A stretch of DNA of 64,000 nt from Hemiscyllium ocellatum (lineage: Eukaryota): NCBI RefSeq assembly GCF_020745735.1, contig NC_083409.1, forward strand, positions 12,895,259 to 12,959,258, written 5' to 3'. Position numbers and translations under genes: made by a program. The notes beneath the pieces were generated by a model, which was not told the DNA's origin, ran no database searches, and worked only from the letters and a program-made list of their open reading frames with translations. Position 1 is the stretch's first letter. Each line of letters starts with the position of its first letter. Below, piece after piece: positions 25,132 to 37,150 of this stretch.

Positions 25132-25497
25132 TCTAATCTCTGCTTCCTTCTGTCACTTTCAACCTCTCCCTCATTTATGTCTTTCTTCATCTCTGTTTCT
25201 CTCATTCTGTTTCTCTCTCTCAGATGACATCTTTTTCGATGTTAAATCATGCAGCCATTCTTCACATGTGGCCATGGAGTGTAAGAGGGAAACTTGAGGC
25301 TTTCAGTGAGCGGTGGACACCACAGGGACTGGAGTGTGTAGGGGACAGTGACAATTCCGGCATGGGGTAATTTGTTCAGTTTCATTTGTATATCACTGTG
25401 TTGGTATCAGTGACAGAGGTAGGGCTGTGTCTCTATTATTATGTATAACATATAATTATGAATGTATCAGTATAGGAGGTGGTGCTGTGTGTATTGA

Positions 25498-25525
25498 GGT
25501 TTTTGGACGGCTCTGTATCACTGTG
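25498..25525 (-). promoter_or_regulatory. V recombination signal sequence, 12-bp spacer
   Basis: CACAGTG-atacagagccgt-CCAAAAACC (nonamer 8/9). V-12/J-23 polarity is kappa-type. Confidence 0.97.
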
Positions 25526-25822
25526 AAGGCCAGCTGTTACGTTGCTGACAGTAATAGTCAGCGACATCCTCATTCTGAACGTTGCTGATTGTCAGGGTGA
25601 AACTGGTCCCTGATCCACTGCCGGTGAATCGCTCGGAGACTCCTGTGAATCGATTTGTTGCATCATAGATCAGGAGAGAGGGTTTCTGACCTTCTCGCTG
25701 CTGGTACCAAGCAAGGTAGCTGCTAATGCTTTGACTGGCCTTACAGGTGAGTGTTGCGGTCTGGCCCAGTCCCACTGACAGCACCGGGGGAGACTGAGTC
25801 ATGATGATGTCCCCACTGATAC
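25526..25822 (-). CDS. IGKV: Immunoglobulin kappa V exon, intact and unrearranged
   Basis: Acceptor ctctctgacccctcag|gt. Translates (G)[98 protein letters not shown]. Conserved Cys, Trp and YYC; CDR1 serines use AGC codons (AID hotspots). Confidence 0.98.
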
Positions 25823-26007
25823 CTGAGGGGTCAGAGAGAAACACAGTGAAGTCAGAACTGTCACAGAAAGAGCCTGTCAAATGAGAGATTGTTGGAGACA
25901 CTGAGCATTCCTCTGGTTTCAACATTTTCCCTTCAATCACAAGTCAGTGGAATTGGAGTGAAATGGAGAGCAACTAAAGATCAAGGTGGAAGGAGAGAGA
26001 TTTGTAC

Positions 26008-26056
26008 CTGCGACACAGAATGCCAGGGGCCAGATCAGCTGGATGTGTGAAATCAT
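26008..26056 (-). CDS. IGKV: Kappa leader exon (signal peptide)
   Basis: ATG...gives MISHIQLIWPLAFCVA(G)|gtacaa. It is 49 nt, phase 1, with a 185-bp intron to V. Confidence 0.95.
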
Positions 26057-26116
26057 GGTGTGTGCTCCTGTCCCTGTGCCTGGTTCCTAATAAACTCTCC
26101 CTTCACTGGGCTCTGC

Positions 26117-26213
26117 TTTATAAAGCTGCAGCCTGTGAGAGTCTGACTGGGTGTTCCTCAGTATGTAAATGGCATCAGGCAGAGAGAGCCACGTCAGCCC
26201 CTCACACTTCCTC
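26117..26213 (-). promoter_or_regulatory. V promoter: TATA box, variant octamer, CRE-like and PU.1/Ets sites
   Basis: TATAAA (26122-26117), ATTTACAT (26170-26163; consensus ATTTGCAT), TGACGTGG (26196-26189) and GAGGAAGTG (26213-26205). Confidence 0.7.
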
Positions 26214-26329
26214 TTCTCTCTCTCTCTGTCTCCCCATTCTCCCTCTCTCTCTCTGTCTGTCTATCCTAGAGAGACATTGATGTGAACTGTGCTGAATTAG
26301 ACCATTTGTCCCATTGTGTCTGTGCTGGA

Positions 26330-27205
26330 CAACAAAGACCTTGACAAACTAATCCCATTTTCCCGCTCTTGGTCCATAGGCCTGGAAGCTACAGCAACAC
26401 AAATGTATATCTAAACACTGCTCCAATGTCACGAGAGTTTGTGACTCAAACAGCCTTTCAGGCAGTGAGTTCCAGACTCCCACCACCCTCTGGGTGAAAA
26501 CATTTCTCCTCAACTCACCTCTCACTCTCTAAGTCGACTGGGCCTGAACTCACTTGAGTTCAGTAGGATAAGAGAGGATCAGATTGAAATGTATAAATTT
26601 CTAACAGGGCTGGGCAGGGAGGAGGTTTCCCCTGGTTGGGAATTCTGGAACCAGGGGACCCAGTCTTGGGGGATACAAAGTTGACCATTTAGGACTGAGA
26701 TGAGGAAACATTTCTTCACTCAGAGGCTAGTCAACCTGTTGAACTCTGTACCTACGATCCTGACAGCTATGGAGGAGAGAGAATTGAATATGTTCAAGAT
26801 TATTGTTCTGCCTTTTCACACCATGAATGGAATGGGGAGAAAGCAGGAATATGGCTTTGAGATGGAGGATCAGCCATGATCATACTGAATGACAGAGCAG
26901 AGTCAAAGGGCTGAGTGGGCTACTCCTGTTTCTGTGTTTCTGTGTTTCTGTTACCCTCAGTTTCTGACCCTAGTTTCTGACACCTTTATCCATGTAAAAA
27001 GTGCCTTCCTGTCGAATTTAAATGTGCCCCTCATAATCTTACAGTCCTCTGTCAGGTTTCCTCTCAACTTTCACTGCTCCAAGGAAAACAACCCCAGTCT
27101 TTCCAATCTTTCCTCATCACTCAGACCCTACAGCCCAGGCAGCATCCTGGGAAATCTCTGCACCCTTCCGAGTACAACCACTTCCTTCCCACAATGTGGT
27201 GACCA
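26330..27205. mobile_element. Three CR1 3' fragments of mixed orientation
   Basis: CR1 3' motifs on minus (26330-26530), plus (26540-26940) and minus (26950-27205). Confidence 0.7.
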
Positions 27206-27209
27206 GATC

Positions 27210-27492
27210 CTGTCTCTCTCTCTCTCTTTATCACTTTCTCTCTTTATCACTCCCATTCTGTCTCACATCTGCCAACTCTTTCTCTCTATCTCTCTCTTTG
27301 GCACTCCTAATCTCTCCCATTCTCTCTCTCTCGCACTCTGTCCCATCATCACTCTCTGCAACTCACTCACACTTTCTCACTCTGTCTCATAATCTCTATT
27401 TCTCCATCTCTCACTGTTTCCCTCACTTCCTCCCTTTCTTGTTTCTTATCTATTCTTTCTTCTTTCTCCATCCTTCCTCTCCACCTATCTGG

Positions 27493-27523
<31 letters not shown>

Positions 27524-27715
27524 CCCCCTTAGTCACACTATCTCACACCCTATTTCTTTCCCCATTTCCCTCAACCTCACCATCTCTACTTCCATCTGCA
27601 TCTCTCTCGCTCCCTGTACACATCTCACACTATCGCAGACACACCTCCCTCTCTCTCACACACACATGCTCTCCCTCCAACTCTCATTCTGTATCTCTTC
27701 CCTCTCTTTCCCACA
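27210..27715. repeat. CT-rich low-complexity tract
   Basis: Imperfect (CT)n. The inverted paralogous GA-rich tract is at 52500-52790. Confidence 0.9.
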
Positions 27716-27782
27716 GTATCCCAAGTGGTGACAGTTAATTGCAGGTCAAATCTCCCTCTGCTCTGGCCCACTAATGGATGTT

Positions 27783-28087
27783 TGACTGGGACAGCACTAC
27801 TATTATAGGACAAGCCAAACAGAGAACAGCCAGGGAATTCCTAGAGGCATGGCACTCATCCACAGATTCAATCAATAAGCACATCGACCTGGACCCAATA
27901 TACCAGCCACTGCAGTGGACAGCTGGAACTGACAACTGGAAGCAGCAGAGACAAATCACTATAAATGCCGGAGGAAAGATCACAGAAGCGCTTCACAGGA
28001 GGCTCCCAAGCACTGAGGGTGTCACTTAGACAGGGGACGAAACGTCTGCAACACAAATTCCCAGGTCGGCGAACAGAACCACAACAG
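27783..28087 (+). mobile_element. 5'-truncated PLE (family 2) insertion with apparent 8-bp target-site duplication
   Basis: FDWDSTTIIGQAKQRTAREFLEAWHSSTDSINKHIDLDPIY. Flanked by TGGATGTT (27775-27782) and TGGATATT (28088-28095). Confidence 0.85.
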
Positions 28088-28499
28088 TGGATATTAACTC
28101 TTAACCTCAGAAGCATGTCTTCTCCTGAAGTAAGGCCCCATTTCCCACATTGACCAGGCATTAGCCTGTCTCAAGATGATGGACAGATTCTTGTTAAACG
28201 AAGACAGTTCTGTGCTGTTGGCCTATTCTCACTGGGGACTGGTTTGGACACTCATTCCATGAAATCCCAGCAGAGAGAGGAGATCCTCAGGCCATCAGTG
28301 TGAGCTGGAGGGACAGGACAGGCTCTGACCCACTGACCCATCCTGTCCATTCACAACATGTTCCAATCCCTTCCCCTCTCCTTCCCCTTCCACAGTCAGG
28401 CTCTGAGTCAAGGTGTTTTACTGGGATGAGGTCAGGGCCATCACACAATTACACCAGAAAGGAACTGAACCCCACACCCACCATGATATCCATGACCCA

Positions 28500-28845
28500 C
28501 TGGGACTCTCCAATGGAGACCAGTAAACATAGGCCTCCTTCCCAATGGATGTCCAGCAGAGACCAGTATATATGGATCTCCATACCATTGGATCATCCAA
28601 TACATATCAGTAAACATGGACCTCCATTACACTGGGCCTTTCAATAGACACCAGTAATCACAGGCCCACAGCCCACTGGATGCTCCAATAGACTCCAGTA
28701 AACATGGGTCACCATCTCACAAGATACTTCAGTTGAGGCCAGTAAACTAGGGCCTTCTTTCCCCTGAACTTTACAATAGAGACCAGTAGGCATGCATCCT
28801 GTTCCCACTGATCCTCCAATAGAGACCAGTCAACATGGGCTTCCA
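28500..28845 (+). repeat. Degenerate minisatellite with a unit of about 40-45 bp
   Basis: Recurrent ccaatagagaccagtaaacatgggcc...cccactg. Inverted paralog at 50490-50575 and 51855-51960. Confidence 0.8.
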
Positions 28846-29429
28846 TGCCACTGCACCCTTCAGTATCTGAGCTTCAAACCGCACATCCTCTCCATCACGT
28901 GGGCCTCTTTTCTATCTCCACAACATTGTCTCTCTGCACTACGTCAGCCCCTTGTTTCTTATCTATTCTTTCTTCTTTCTCCATCCTTCCTGTACACATT
29001 CCTGTTCATTATTCCTGTTCATCCCACCTCCTAACTCCATAATCCTGATGTCCTCTCCCACCTTCCTTCCACCCGCTCCATAAAGCCCAACTGTCTGAAA
29101 TGGAGTGGTCCCTTCCCTGTCTCACACCAAGGAGGAGATGAACAGATATTTAATGAGTAATGGGTTAAAGGATGATGGAGAGTGAGCAGGAAAGTGGAGT
29201 TGAGTCTGAGATGGGATCAGCCATGATTGTATTAAATGGTGGAGTGGGCTTGAGGGGCTGAATTGCCTGCTCCTGCTCCTAGTTCTTATGTTCCTCCACC
29301 CTCTCCCCCATCCCTCTTACTGCAACTTTGTGAACCATCTTGGAATGTTTTGGATATTGAAGGTGCGATGTGAATTCAACATTTGTGTTGAATTAATGTG
29401 GGGACAGAATTGTCCAGAGGCTGTGAAAG

Positions 29430-31400
29430 CTCCTGTAGTTGAATATCCTGCTGGCAGGCTTCAGCCTTCCACATACAGAATGGGAAAGTCGGGGAGGTCA
29501 GAATGTGATGTTGGGATCCTTGGCACTGTCCCCCAGCAATGTGGTTGACTCTCTATTGCCCTGTGAAATGGCCCAGCAAGGCTCTCAATTGTATCAATTG
29601 TGACGACCTCTCAACAAAGAAATGAAACCGGACGGACCACAGGCATCGATGCAGAGACAGTAAAGGTATTGACATACCTGCTCCATCCTCCTTACTGACA
29701 TCTGGGAGGAAGTGCCAAATTCAGGAGAGCTGTCTCACAGACTAGTCAAGCAACAGCTTGACACAGCCATACTCACAGAACCATACCTTACAGACAATGT
29801 CCCAGACACCACCATTACTGTCCCTGCATGTATCCTGTCCCACAGAAAGGCAAACCCAGCAGAGCTAATGACACAGTGGTCTACAGCCAGGAGGGAGTTA
29901 CAGTGAGAGGCCTCAAAGTTGATTCCAGACCCCATGAAGTCTCATGACTCCAGCCTAAACATGGGCGAGGAAACCTCCTGGTGATTACAAGATATCTTGC
30001 TCCCTCGGCTGATGAATCAGTCTCTCCTCCATGTTGAACAACATTTGGAGGAAGCACTGAGGGTGATGACAGCACAGAATGTACTTTGGGTGGTGGGGGC
30101 GGTTTCAATGTCCACCACTGAGAGTGGCTTGGCAGCAGCATTACTGATCGAGTTGGTTGGTTCCTAATGGGTGTAGCTGAGGGACTGGCTCTGCAGCTGG
30201 TGGTGAAGGAACCAAACAGATGGAAAAACGTACTTGACCCCCATCCTCACCAATCTTGTGGCTGTAGATGCATCTGTCCTTGACAGTATTGGTAAGAGTG
30301 ACCATAACACAGTCCTTGTAGAAACAAAGTTTGACCTTCACATTGAGAATACCCTCCATTGTGTTGTGTGGTACTATCACCGTGCTAAATAGGACAGACT
30401 CCAAACAGATATTGCAACTCAAGGCAATGATCATGAATAGGGAGCATTGCCAATGAGTGCACAATCTCAACATCTCATATACTGAGACAGTCCATGTTCG
30501 ATTGCAGCAATATCTGCACAATATCCAATTTCATCTGAGAAGCAATATTTTCGATTGGTGCCTTGCAAATACCAGCCAATGACCATCACCAATAATAGAC
30601 AATCTAGCCATCGTCCCTTGACAGTCAATGCTATTACCATCACTGAATCCCCACTATCAACATTCTGAGGTACTATTGACCAGAAACTCAACTGGACTCA
30701 CCCCAGAAACACAGTGATTACATGAGCAGGTTAGAGGCGAGGAATACTGTATCGAGTAACTCACCTCCTGATTCCTCCAAAGCCTGTCAACCAAGTCAGG
30801 AGTGTGATCGAATACTCCCCACCTGCCTGGATAGGTACAGCTCCAACAACATTCATAGAATAATGGTGTCACAGCATCATGCAGCACAGAAACAAACCCT
30901 TAAGCCAAACTTCTATATTCTGACCAGGTTTTCTGAAGTGAACGAGTCTCATTTGCCTGCATTTGGCCCATATCCCCCTAATCCATTCCTGTCTATGTCT
31001 ATCATATCCTATGTCATTCTTATCCACTCAGAAAGCTTGATACCATCCAGAGCCAAGCAGCCTCCTTGATTGGCATCACATCCACAAAGCATCCACTCCC
31101 ACCAGTGCTCCATAGCAGCAGTGTGTATTATTGATCAGATGCTCAGCAGAAACTCACCAAAGATCCTCAGATAGCACCTTCCAAACCCATATGGGAAAAT
31201 AGAAATTGCACAAAAAGCTCAGCAGATCTGGCAGCATCTGTGGAGAGAAATCAGAGCACAAAATGTTAACATTGATTTCTCTTCACAGATGCTGCCAGAC
31301 CTGCTGAGCTTTTCCAGCAATTTCTATTTTTGTCTCAGATTTACAGTCCTTATGCTTCCCTCCTAAACCCACGTCCACGTCCATTTAGAACAAGAGCAGC
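29430..31400 (+). mobile_element. Decayed L2-clade LINE (endonuclease and RT 3' parts)
   Basis: PNSGELSHRLVKQQLDTAILTEPYLTDNVPDTTI endonuclease motif; 3' region matches the L2 at 57839-59920. Confidence 0.75.
31196..31330. repeat. 58-bp inverted repeat (hairpin) built from PLE-type termini
   Basis: Arms 31196-31253 and 31273-31330 pair at 53/58 positions around a 19-nt loop. Confidence 0.9.
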
Positions 31401-31768
31401 AGATACATGGGAACACTTCCCATGAGTGAATACTTAAAACCAAATGAAGTGTTCCTCAGGAGGGGAGAGGGAATGTTCAAGATCCTGAGCTCCATTTCCC
31501 AGCCCAGGCAGTTTGTCTCCCAATGAATGTATGAGATGCCAATTTGAAGCCCAGCTTCAGAGCAGTATCACTCTGTGGACATGAGGTCCATAAGAGGGAA
31601 TTGGAGATTGAGCTGTAAAGGAAAGATTTGCTGAGTTATGGGGAGAGAGCAATGGGGCTAATTGAGTAATTCCAAGGCATGATGGGCTGAATGGCCGCCT
31701 CCTGTGCTGTCAGATTCCAGGGAGAGCAGATGGTTCACAGTTTTCTCCCATCTCAGTAACAAATACCC

Positions 31769-31922
31769 AGCTGCTCCGAGCTCCTTCTTTCACTTCCTCT
31801 CTTGGTGAAGTTTCAACCTTGCGATCTGACAGTCTTTGCAGTTATTTTTTACACTGGGGCTTTCTGCTGTGGTCAGAATCTCTAATAATTTGTGTCCGAT
31901 CAGTGACAATCACAGCAGCTAA
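31769..31922. promoter_or_regulatory. Conserved duplicated non-coding block (copy A), candidate lymphoid enhancer or promoter
   Basis: 151/154 identical to the reverse complement of 48411-48564. Contains EICE GGAAGTGAAA (minus, 31797-31788) and RUNX TGTGGT (31868-31873). Confidence 0.5.
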
Positions 31923-31929
31923 GAGCAGT

Positions 31930-32620
31930 CAGGACTGAGGAGCCAGGCTCACTGGGAAACACATTAGGAAGATCAAAGCCATCCTCTTCAGCTCCTGGTA
32001 CAAGCTCCATCCCTCTCCCTGAGCACTGTCTGCTGCTCAACCAGGCTCTTTATAACTTTGGCCTCATCTTTGAGGCTGATTTGAGGCCCAAGTCCTCCAC
32101 ATCACAATTATCAGCCACTGAAAATCTCAACCATGTTTTTGAGACTCCAAATGTGACAATTCCAATGTTATCCAGGCCCACGTCACAGCCACTGCCTTCC
32201 GTAAATATCAGCTCATCCCAAACTCTGCTATCGTTGTTCCAACTCACACCAAGTCCACCCCACACCCCCGTCCCTATCTTCCGTCCCACCATGACCACCA
32301 CAATCCTCACTGACCGACATCAGCTCCTGGTCCAGCAACACCTTGATTTTCAAATTCTCATCCTTGTTCTTAAACCGCTCCCTGTCCTTCCATCCTCCCT
32401 ATCTCTGTGACCTCCTCCAAGCCACCTCAGTGTGGTTAGCAATCTTGGATATATGGCTCTCTGTTTCTTCATCCAAGTCATTGAGAAATATCGTGAAAAG
32501 ATGAGATCCCAGCACAGATCCCTGGCAACACCACTACTCACATCTGGCTCATTGGAACACATACACATTATCCTTCCTCTCTGTCTCCTAGACGGACCCA
32601 TTTCTGACACAAGGTAAATA
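31930..32620 (+). mobile_element. L2 RT 3' fragment (arm A of the inverted duplication)
   Basis: L2-like RT C-terminal sequence, homologous to 47730-48400 on the minus strand. Confidence 0.7.
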
Positions 32621-32914
32621 CATTTCTCAAATTCCAACCGATTCCATGATTTGGAGGTGCCAGTGTTGGACTGTCGTGTACAAAGTTAAAAATCACAGAA
32701 CACCAGATTGTAGTCCAACAGGTTTATTTGGAAACACCAGCTTTCTGAGCGGTGCTCCTTCATCAAGTAATTGTGGAGCGCAAGATCTGATTCCATGTTT
32801 CTTTTGTGGAATGTTCTTAAATGTCTTCTGGAATTCCCTATGGTCAATAGCCATCGACATTCCCTTAAATCCCACATTAGGGACCTCCTAACAATGTGTA
32901 ACCTCGTTAGTTAA

Positions 32915-33205
32915 AGATTCGATCAGATTCCCTACAGTGTGGAAACAGACCCTGTGGACCAACAAGTCCACGCTGACCCTCCGAAGAGAAACCCACCCAG
33001 ACCCATTTCCCTCGGAACTAATGCACCTAACACGGTGGGCAATTTAGAATGGCCAATTCACCTGACCTGCACATTTTTACACTGTGGGAGGAAACCCACG
33101 CAGACACAGGGAGAATGTATAAGCTCTACACACATCCGAGGCTGGAATTGAACCTGGGCCCCTGGTGCTGTGAGGCAGCAGTGCTAACCACTGAGCCACT
33201 ATATT
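32915..33205 (-). mobile_element. HE1-like SINE
   Basis: Runs from gatcagattccctacagtgtggaaac to gtgctaaccactgagcc. Confidence 0.85.
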
Positions 33206-34014
33206 GAACCTTCAATGTCTGAACCTTTGTAAATCCATGCTGATTCTCTCAGACCAGTTCATATTTGTCCGTTATTCTGTCTCTAAAACCAGACTCAATC
33301 ACTTCCTGACAACAAACATTCAACGGAGATGTTCATTGTGAATGAGGTTACTAAACCGCTAGCACTGACATGAGTGGCTGAAGAGCCTCCTTCTGAGCTG
33401 GAGCCTTCTCTGTCTCATTGATGGGAATATTTTACAGATTAAAAATTAAAGACTAACAGCAATTTTTTAAAAAACATTAAAAACTCCTCAAATAATTCCC
33501 ACATACAGGGCCGGGCGATGTGTAGTAATTGTACGATGGGGAAGCTGGTGGAGCCCATTGTAGCTCAGAGTGACCACATCTACAGCAAGTGTTGGTTGCT
33601 CAAGGCACTCCAGCTCAGAGTTGATGAGCTGGAATCTGAGCTTCAAACACTGCGACACATAGGGGAGGAGGCGAGTTACCTGGACACTGTGTTTGGGGAG
33701 GCAGTCATACCTTGTAGGTTAAATACTTCAAATTATAGTCAGTGGTTAGGGACAGGAGGGTGTGACGATAAGTGAGCAGGTCGATGCAGCCTGAATGTAG
33801 TATTGCAGGAGTCTCAGCTCATTCTCCAACAGGAATGAGGTACATGCTCCCTGTGTCAGTGAGGGAAATGTTTGTTTGGAGAATGGGCAAACCTAGTGTA
33901 AGCATTTTGGTGATAATGACCATAACTCTGTAAGTTTCAAAGTCATCATGTAAAGAGATAAAGATGAAGCAAAAATTAAACGTGTAAACTGGGGGATATC
34001 CGATTTCAACTAGG

Positions 34015-34390
34015 CAAAAGTGAGGACTGCAGATGCTGGAAACCAGAGTTTAAATCAGAGTGGTATTGGAAAAGCATTGCAGGTCACGCAGCATCTGAGG
34101 GCAAGAAAATTGACATTTTGAGCAAAAGCCCTTCATCAGGAATAGAGGCAGGGACTCTCCAGTGTGGAGAGATAAATGGAGGTGGTGGGTGGGGAGGGGC
34201 GTGTTTAGGGAGAAGGTAGCAAAAAGTACAATAGGTGAATGGGGTGGGGATGGAGGTGATAGGTCAGAGGGGAGGGTGCAGCAGATAGGTGGGAAGGGAG
34301 ATTGGCAGGTAGGACAAGTCATGAGGACAATGCTGATCTGGAAGGTTGGAACTGGGGTAAGGTGGAGGGAGGGAAATGAGCTCTTCAACC
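34015..34390 (-). mobile_element. PLE family-1 terminal region
   Basis: aaagtgaggactgcagatgctgga..., with a hammerhead-like motif at 34112-34139. Confidence 0.75.
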
Positions 34391-34639
34391 ATGTACTGAA
34401 AGAGACGCGACTTCACCAGTTTCCTCATTTCCCCTATGATTGTACGATTCCATGTGGTTGTCTGTTAACTGCCCTATGGGCAGTAAATATTGGCTTGGTC
34501 AGAGATGCCCATATCCTATGAATGAATGAATGAAAACATGCATCATGGTCCAGGAGGCCATTCAGACTGGGGGAGCACAAAGGAAAGAGGAGGATTTGAT
34601 AATGAGGGGGACTGATAGCATCCTTTGTGAGCAGGATTG

Positions 34640-36890
34640 AGAGTCCCACATGGTGTGTTGCCTGCCTGGTGCTCAGGTAAGGGGCATCTCGAACCAGCTT
34701 GAAAGGATATTGGAGTGGGGGCGGGGAGGAGGATCCAGTTGTTGTCGTGTTGAGACCAACAACATTGGCAACATAGGCTAAAGGTCCTATTTGGGCAATA
34801 TCAGGAAAGCTATCAGAAGGATATTGATTAAACGGATGGAGAGAAATAAGAAAGAGATGAATACAGTATCAGTGCTGAGGAACAGATTCCAGTGAATGGA
34901 CCAAATGAGAGTTCTATATATGAATGCACGGAGCGTAAGGAATAAATACAATAATCTGCGGGCACAAATTCAAATTTAAGATTATGCTGTAGGATCAATT
35001 ACTGAGACATATTTGCAGAATAGTTAAGATTGGGAACTAAATATATCGGGTTAGAAGGTTCACAGGATGGGCTTGGGGAAATGACAGAAGAGGTGGAGCA
35101 GCTTTATTCATTAGAAACAAAATTACTTCAATGGTGAGGGAGGTTAAAATGAGGGGAAAGCATTCAGTGGAACTGAGAAGCAGGAAAGGATCTAAAACTG
35201 TAATAGATGTTGGATACAGACCCCCCCTGGCAGCAGCTCTGAGGTGCTGGATTGTATAAATGTAGGAATTAGGCAAGTGTGCAGCAAAGCCAGTGTATTA
35301 TTAATGGGGAAGTTTAATTTTAACTTAGATTAGGAGAGAGACAAGCCCTCTGTCAGAAAGGTAGTGAATTTCTGGAGGGTATCCGGAATAGTTACCAAAA
35401 GCAATAGGTCCTGGATACAACAAGGGGACAAACAATATTGGAATTAGTAATGAATAATGAACCAGATTTAGTTGGTAACTACTTGTACATGAACATTTAT
35501 CAAATAGTGATCATAACATGATCGAGTTCAGTGTCACATTTGAAAGTAAACAGCATGAATCAGCTGCTAGAGTTTGAGATTAAGGTAAGGGCCGACTTTA
35601 ACGAGATGCGACAGAGACTGTCCACAGTAAACTGGGAAAATCTGCTCATGGGTAAAACAACTGAAGAACAGTGGGGGATGTTTAAAGAAACATTCAACAT
35701 AAAACAAAACCAGTTTATACCTGAGACGGGAAAGCTCCACTTCTTCGAACAAACAGCAATGGACAATAAAGGAGATTAGGGAAAGAATAAAACTAAAACA
35801 AGGGCTTACAAAAAAGCAAGTAAAATGACATCATCTGCTGAATGGGAAAGATACAAAGGGCCACAAAGCAGCTTCGAAGAGCTACCAAAAGGGATTCTGA
35901 AAGGAAACACGTAAGGGATATCAAAATCAATAAGGAGAAATGTTTCAGTTCCATAAAAGGGAATCTGGGAGGTCAGGAGCAATGTTGGTATTAAAGACTG
36001 AAAGTGGGGGATATTGTCAGTGACAATGGGGAAATGACAGCCATGTTAAATAAATACTTTACCTCAAGATTTGCAGTAGAAAAGGAGGAGGACTTGCCTG
36101 AAGTCCCAAAAGAATTAACGGGGATTAGGGACAGGGACTGAATAAAATTAATGCCAGAAAAACATCTGTAATGAGGAAAATAATGAAAATGAAGAGTGAC
36201 AATCCCTCAGGATCTGATATTCTCCATCTGAGGGTGATAAAGGTAGCAACAGACCACATTGTAGACACTCTGACTATAATCTTTCAGAGTTCCCTGGATA
36301 CAGGAGTCGTACCTTTGGCTTGGAAATTTGCAAACGTCACTTCACGTTTAACAAGGATTTGAGAGAAAATCCAGGGAATTACAGGTCACTCAGCCAGCGT
36401 TTGTAATGTGGAAATTGTTGAAGTCTATAATCAAGGATGGGGGTAACTGAAGACTTTGAAAATGGTCAGTTATTCAGGGAGAGTCAGCATGGATTCATGA
36501 CAAGGTGGTCATGGTGAAAAACCTCATTGAACTTTTTTGAAGAGGAGACTAACGTATTGGACACAGTAATGTCAATGGATGTTGTTTATTGGGACTTCCA
36601 GAAGACATTTGATAGTGTCCTATGTAAGAAAACGTCAACTTCGATAAATGTCCACAGAATTGAGGCTAAAATACTGGCACATTGGAATGCTGGTTGAGTG
36701 ACAGGTGACCGAAAATAGGGATAATGGGTAAGTGCTGAAATCGGCAGGATGTGACGTGTCCAATAGGAATGTGTGCTCACAACTCAGTTAGTTACATTAT
36801 TTATCAATGACTTGGATAATGGCACAGAAAGTCAGATATTTCAGTTTGCTTATAACACAAAGTTTGGCAGCATTGTAGACAGTGTCGACA
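34640..36890 (+). mobile_element. Decayed CR1 (ORF1 remnant, endonuclease, RT)
   Basis: VCCLPGA, YMNARSVRN, YRPP, KADFNEMRQRLSTVNWENLL and RT motifs, with stops. Confidence 0.8.
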
Positions 36891-37095
36891 GAGTCAGAGA
36901 GTCATACAGCATTCAACCAGGGCAGTCTTTAACAGAGTATAATTTATCTTTGATATACAACTCCTTGAACTCCATCTCTCTCTCTCTCGCTGTATCCTCC
37001 TCCTCCCTCTCTACCTCAGCTGCATGGATCTTACTCTGATTTTAATCCCTCTTTTCTCTCTACAAGCTCCATCTCCCTCTCTCTCAAAGCTCCCA

Positions 37096-37126
<31 letters not shown>

Positions 37127-37150
37127 GAGCTCCATCCCTCCCTCATTCAG

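Noticed and set aside
27196-27738. Long Ser/Leu-rich ORFs (167-180 aa), and their counterparts at 52.4-52.8 kb
   Set aside because: Artefacts of stop-poor CT/GA low-complexity sequence.
31769-31885. Signal-peptide-like frame VKFQPCDLTVFAVIFYTGAFCCG in the conserved block
   Set aside because: Both copies have GTG rather than ATG, there is an in-frame stop upstream in copy A, and the donor (gtcaga) is weak. Treated as non-coding.
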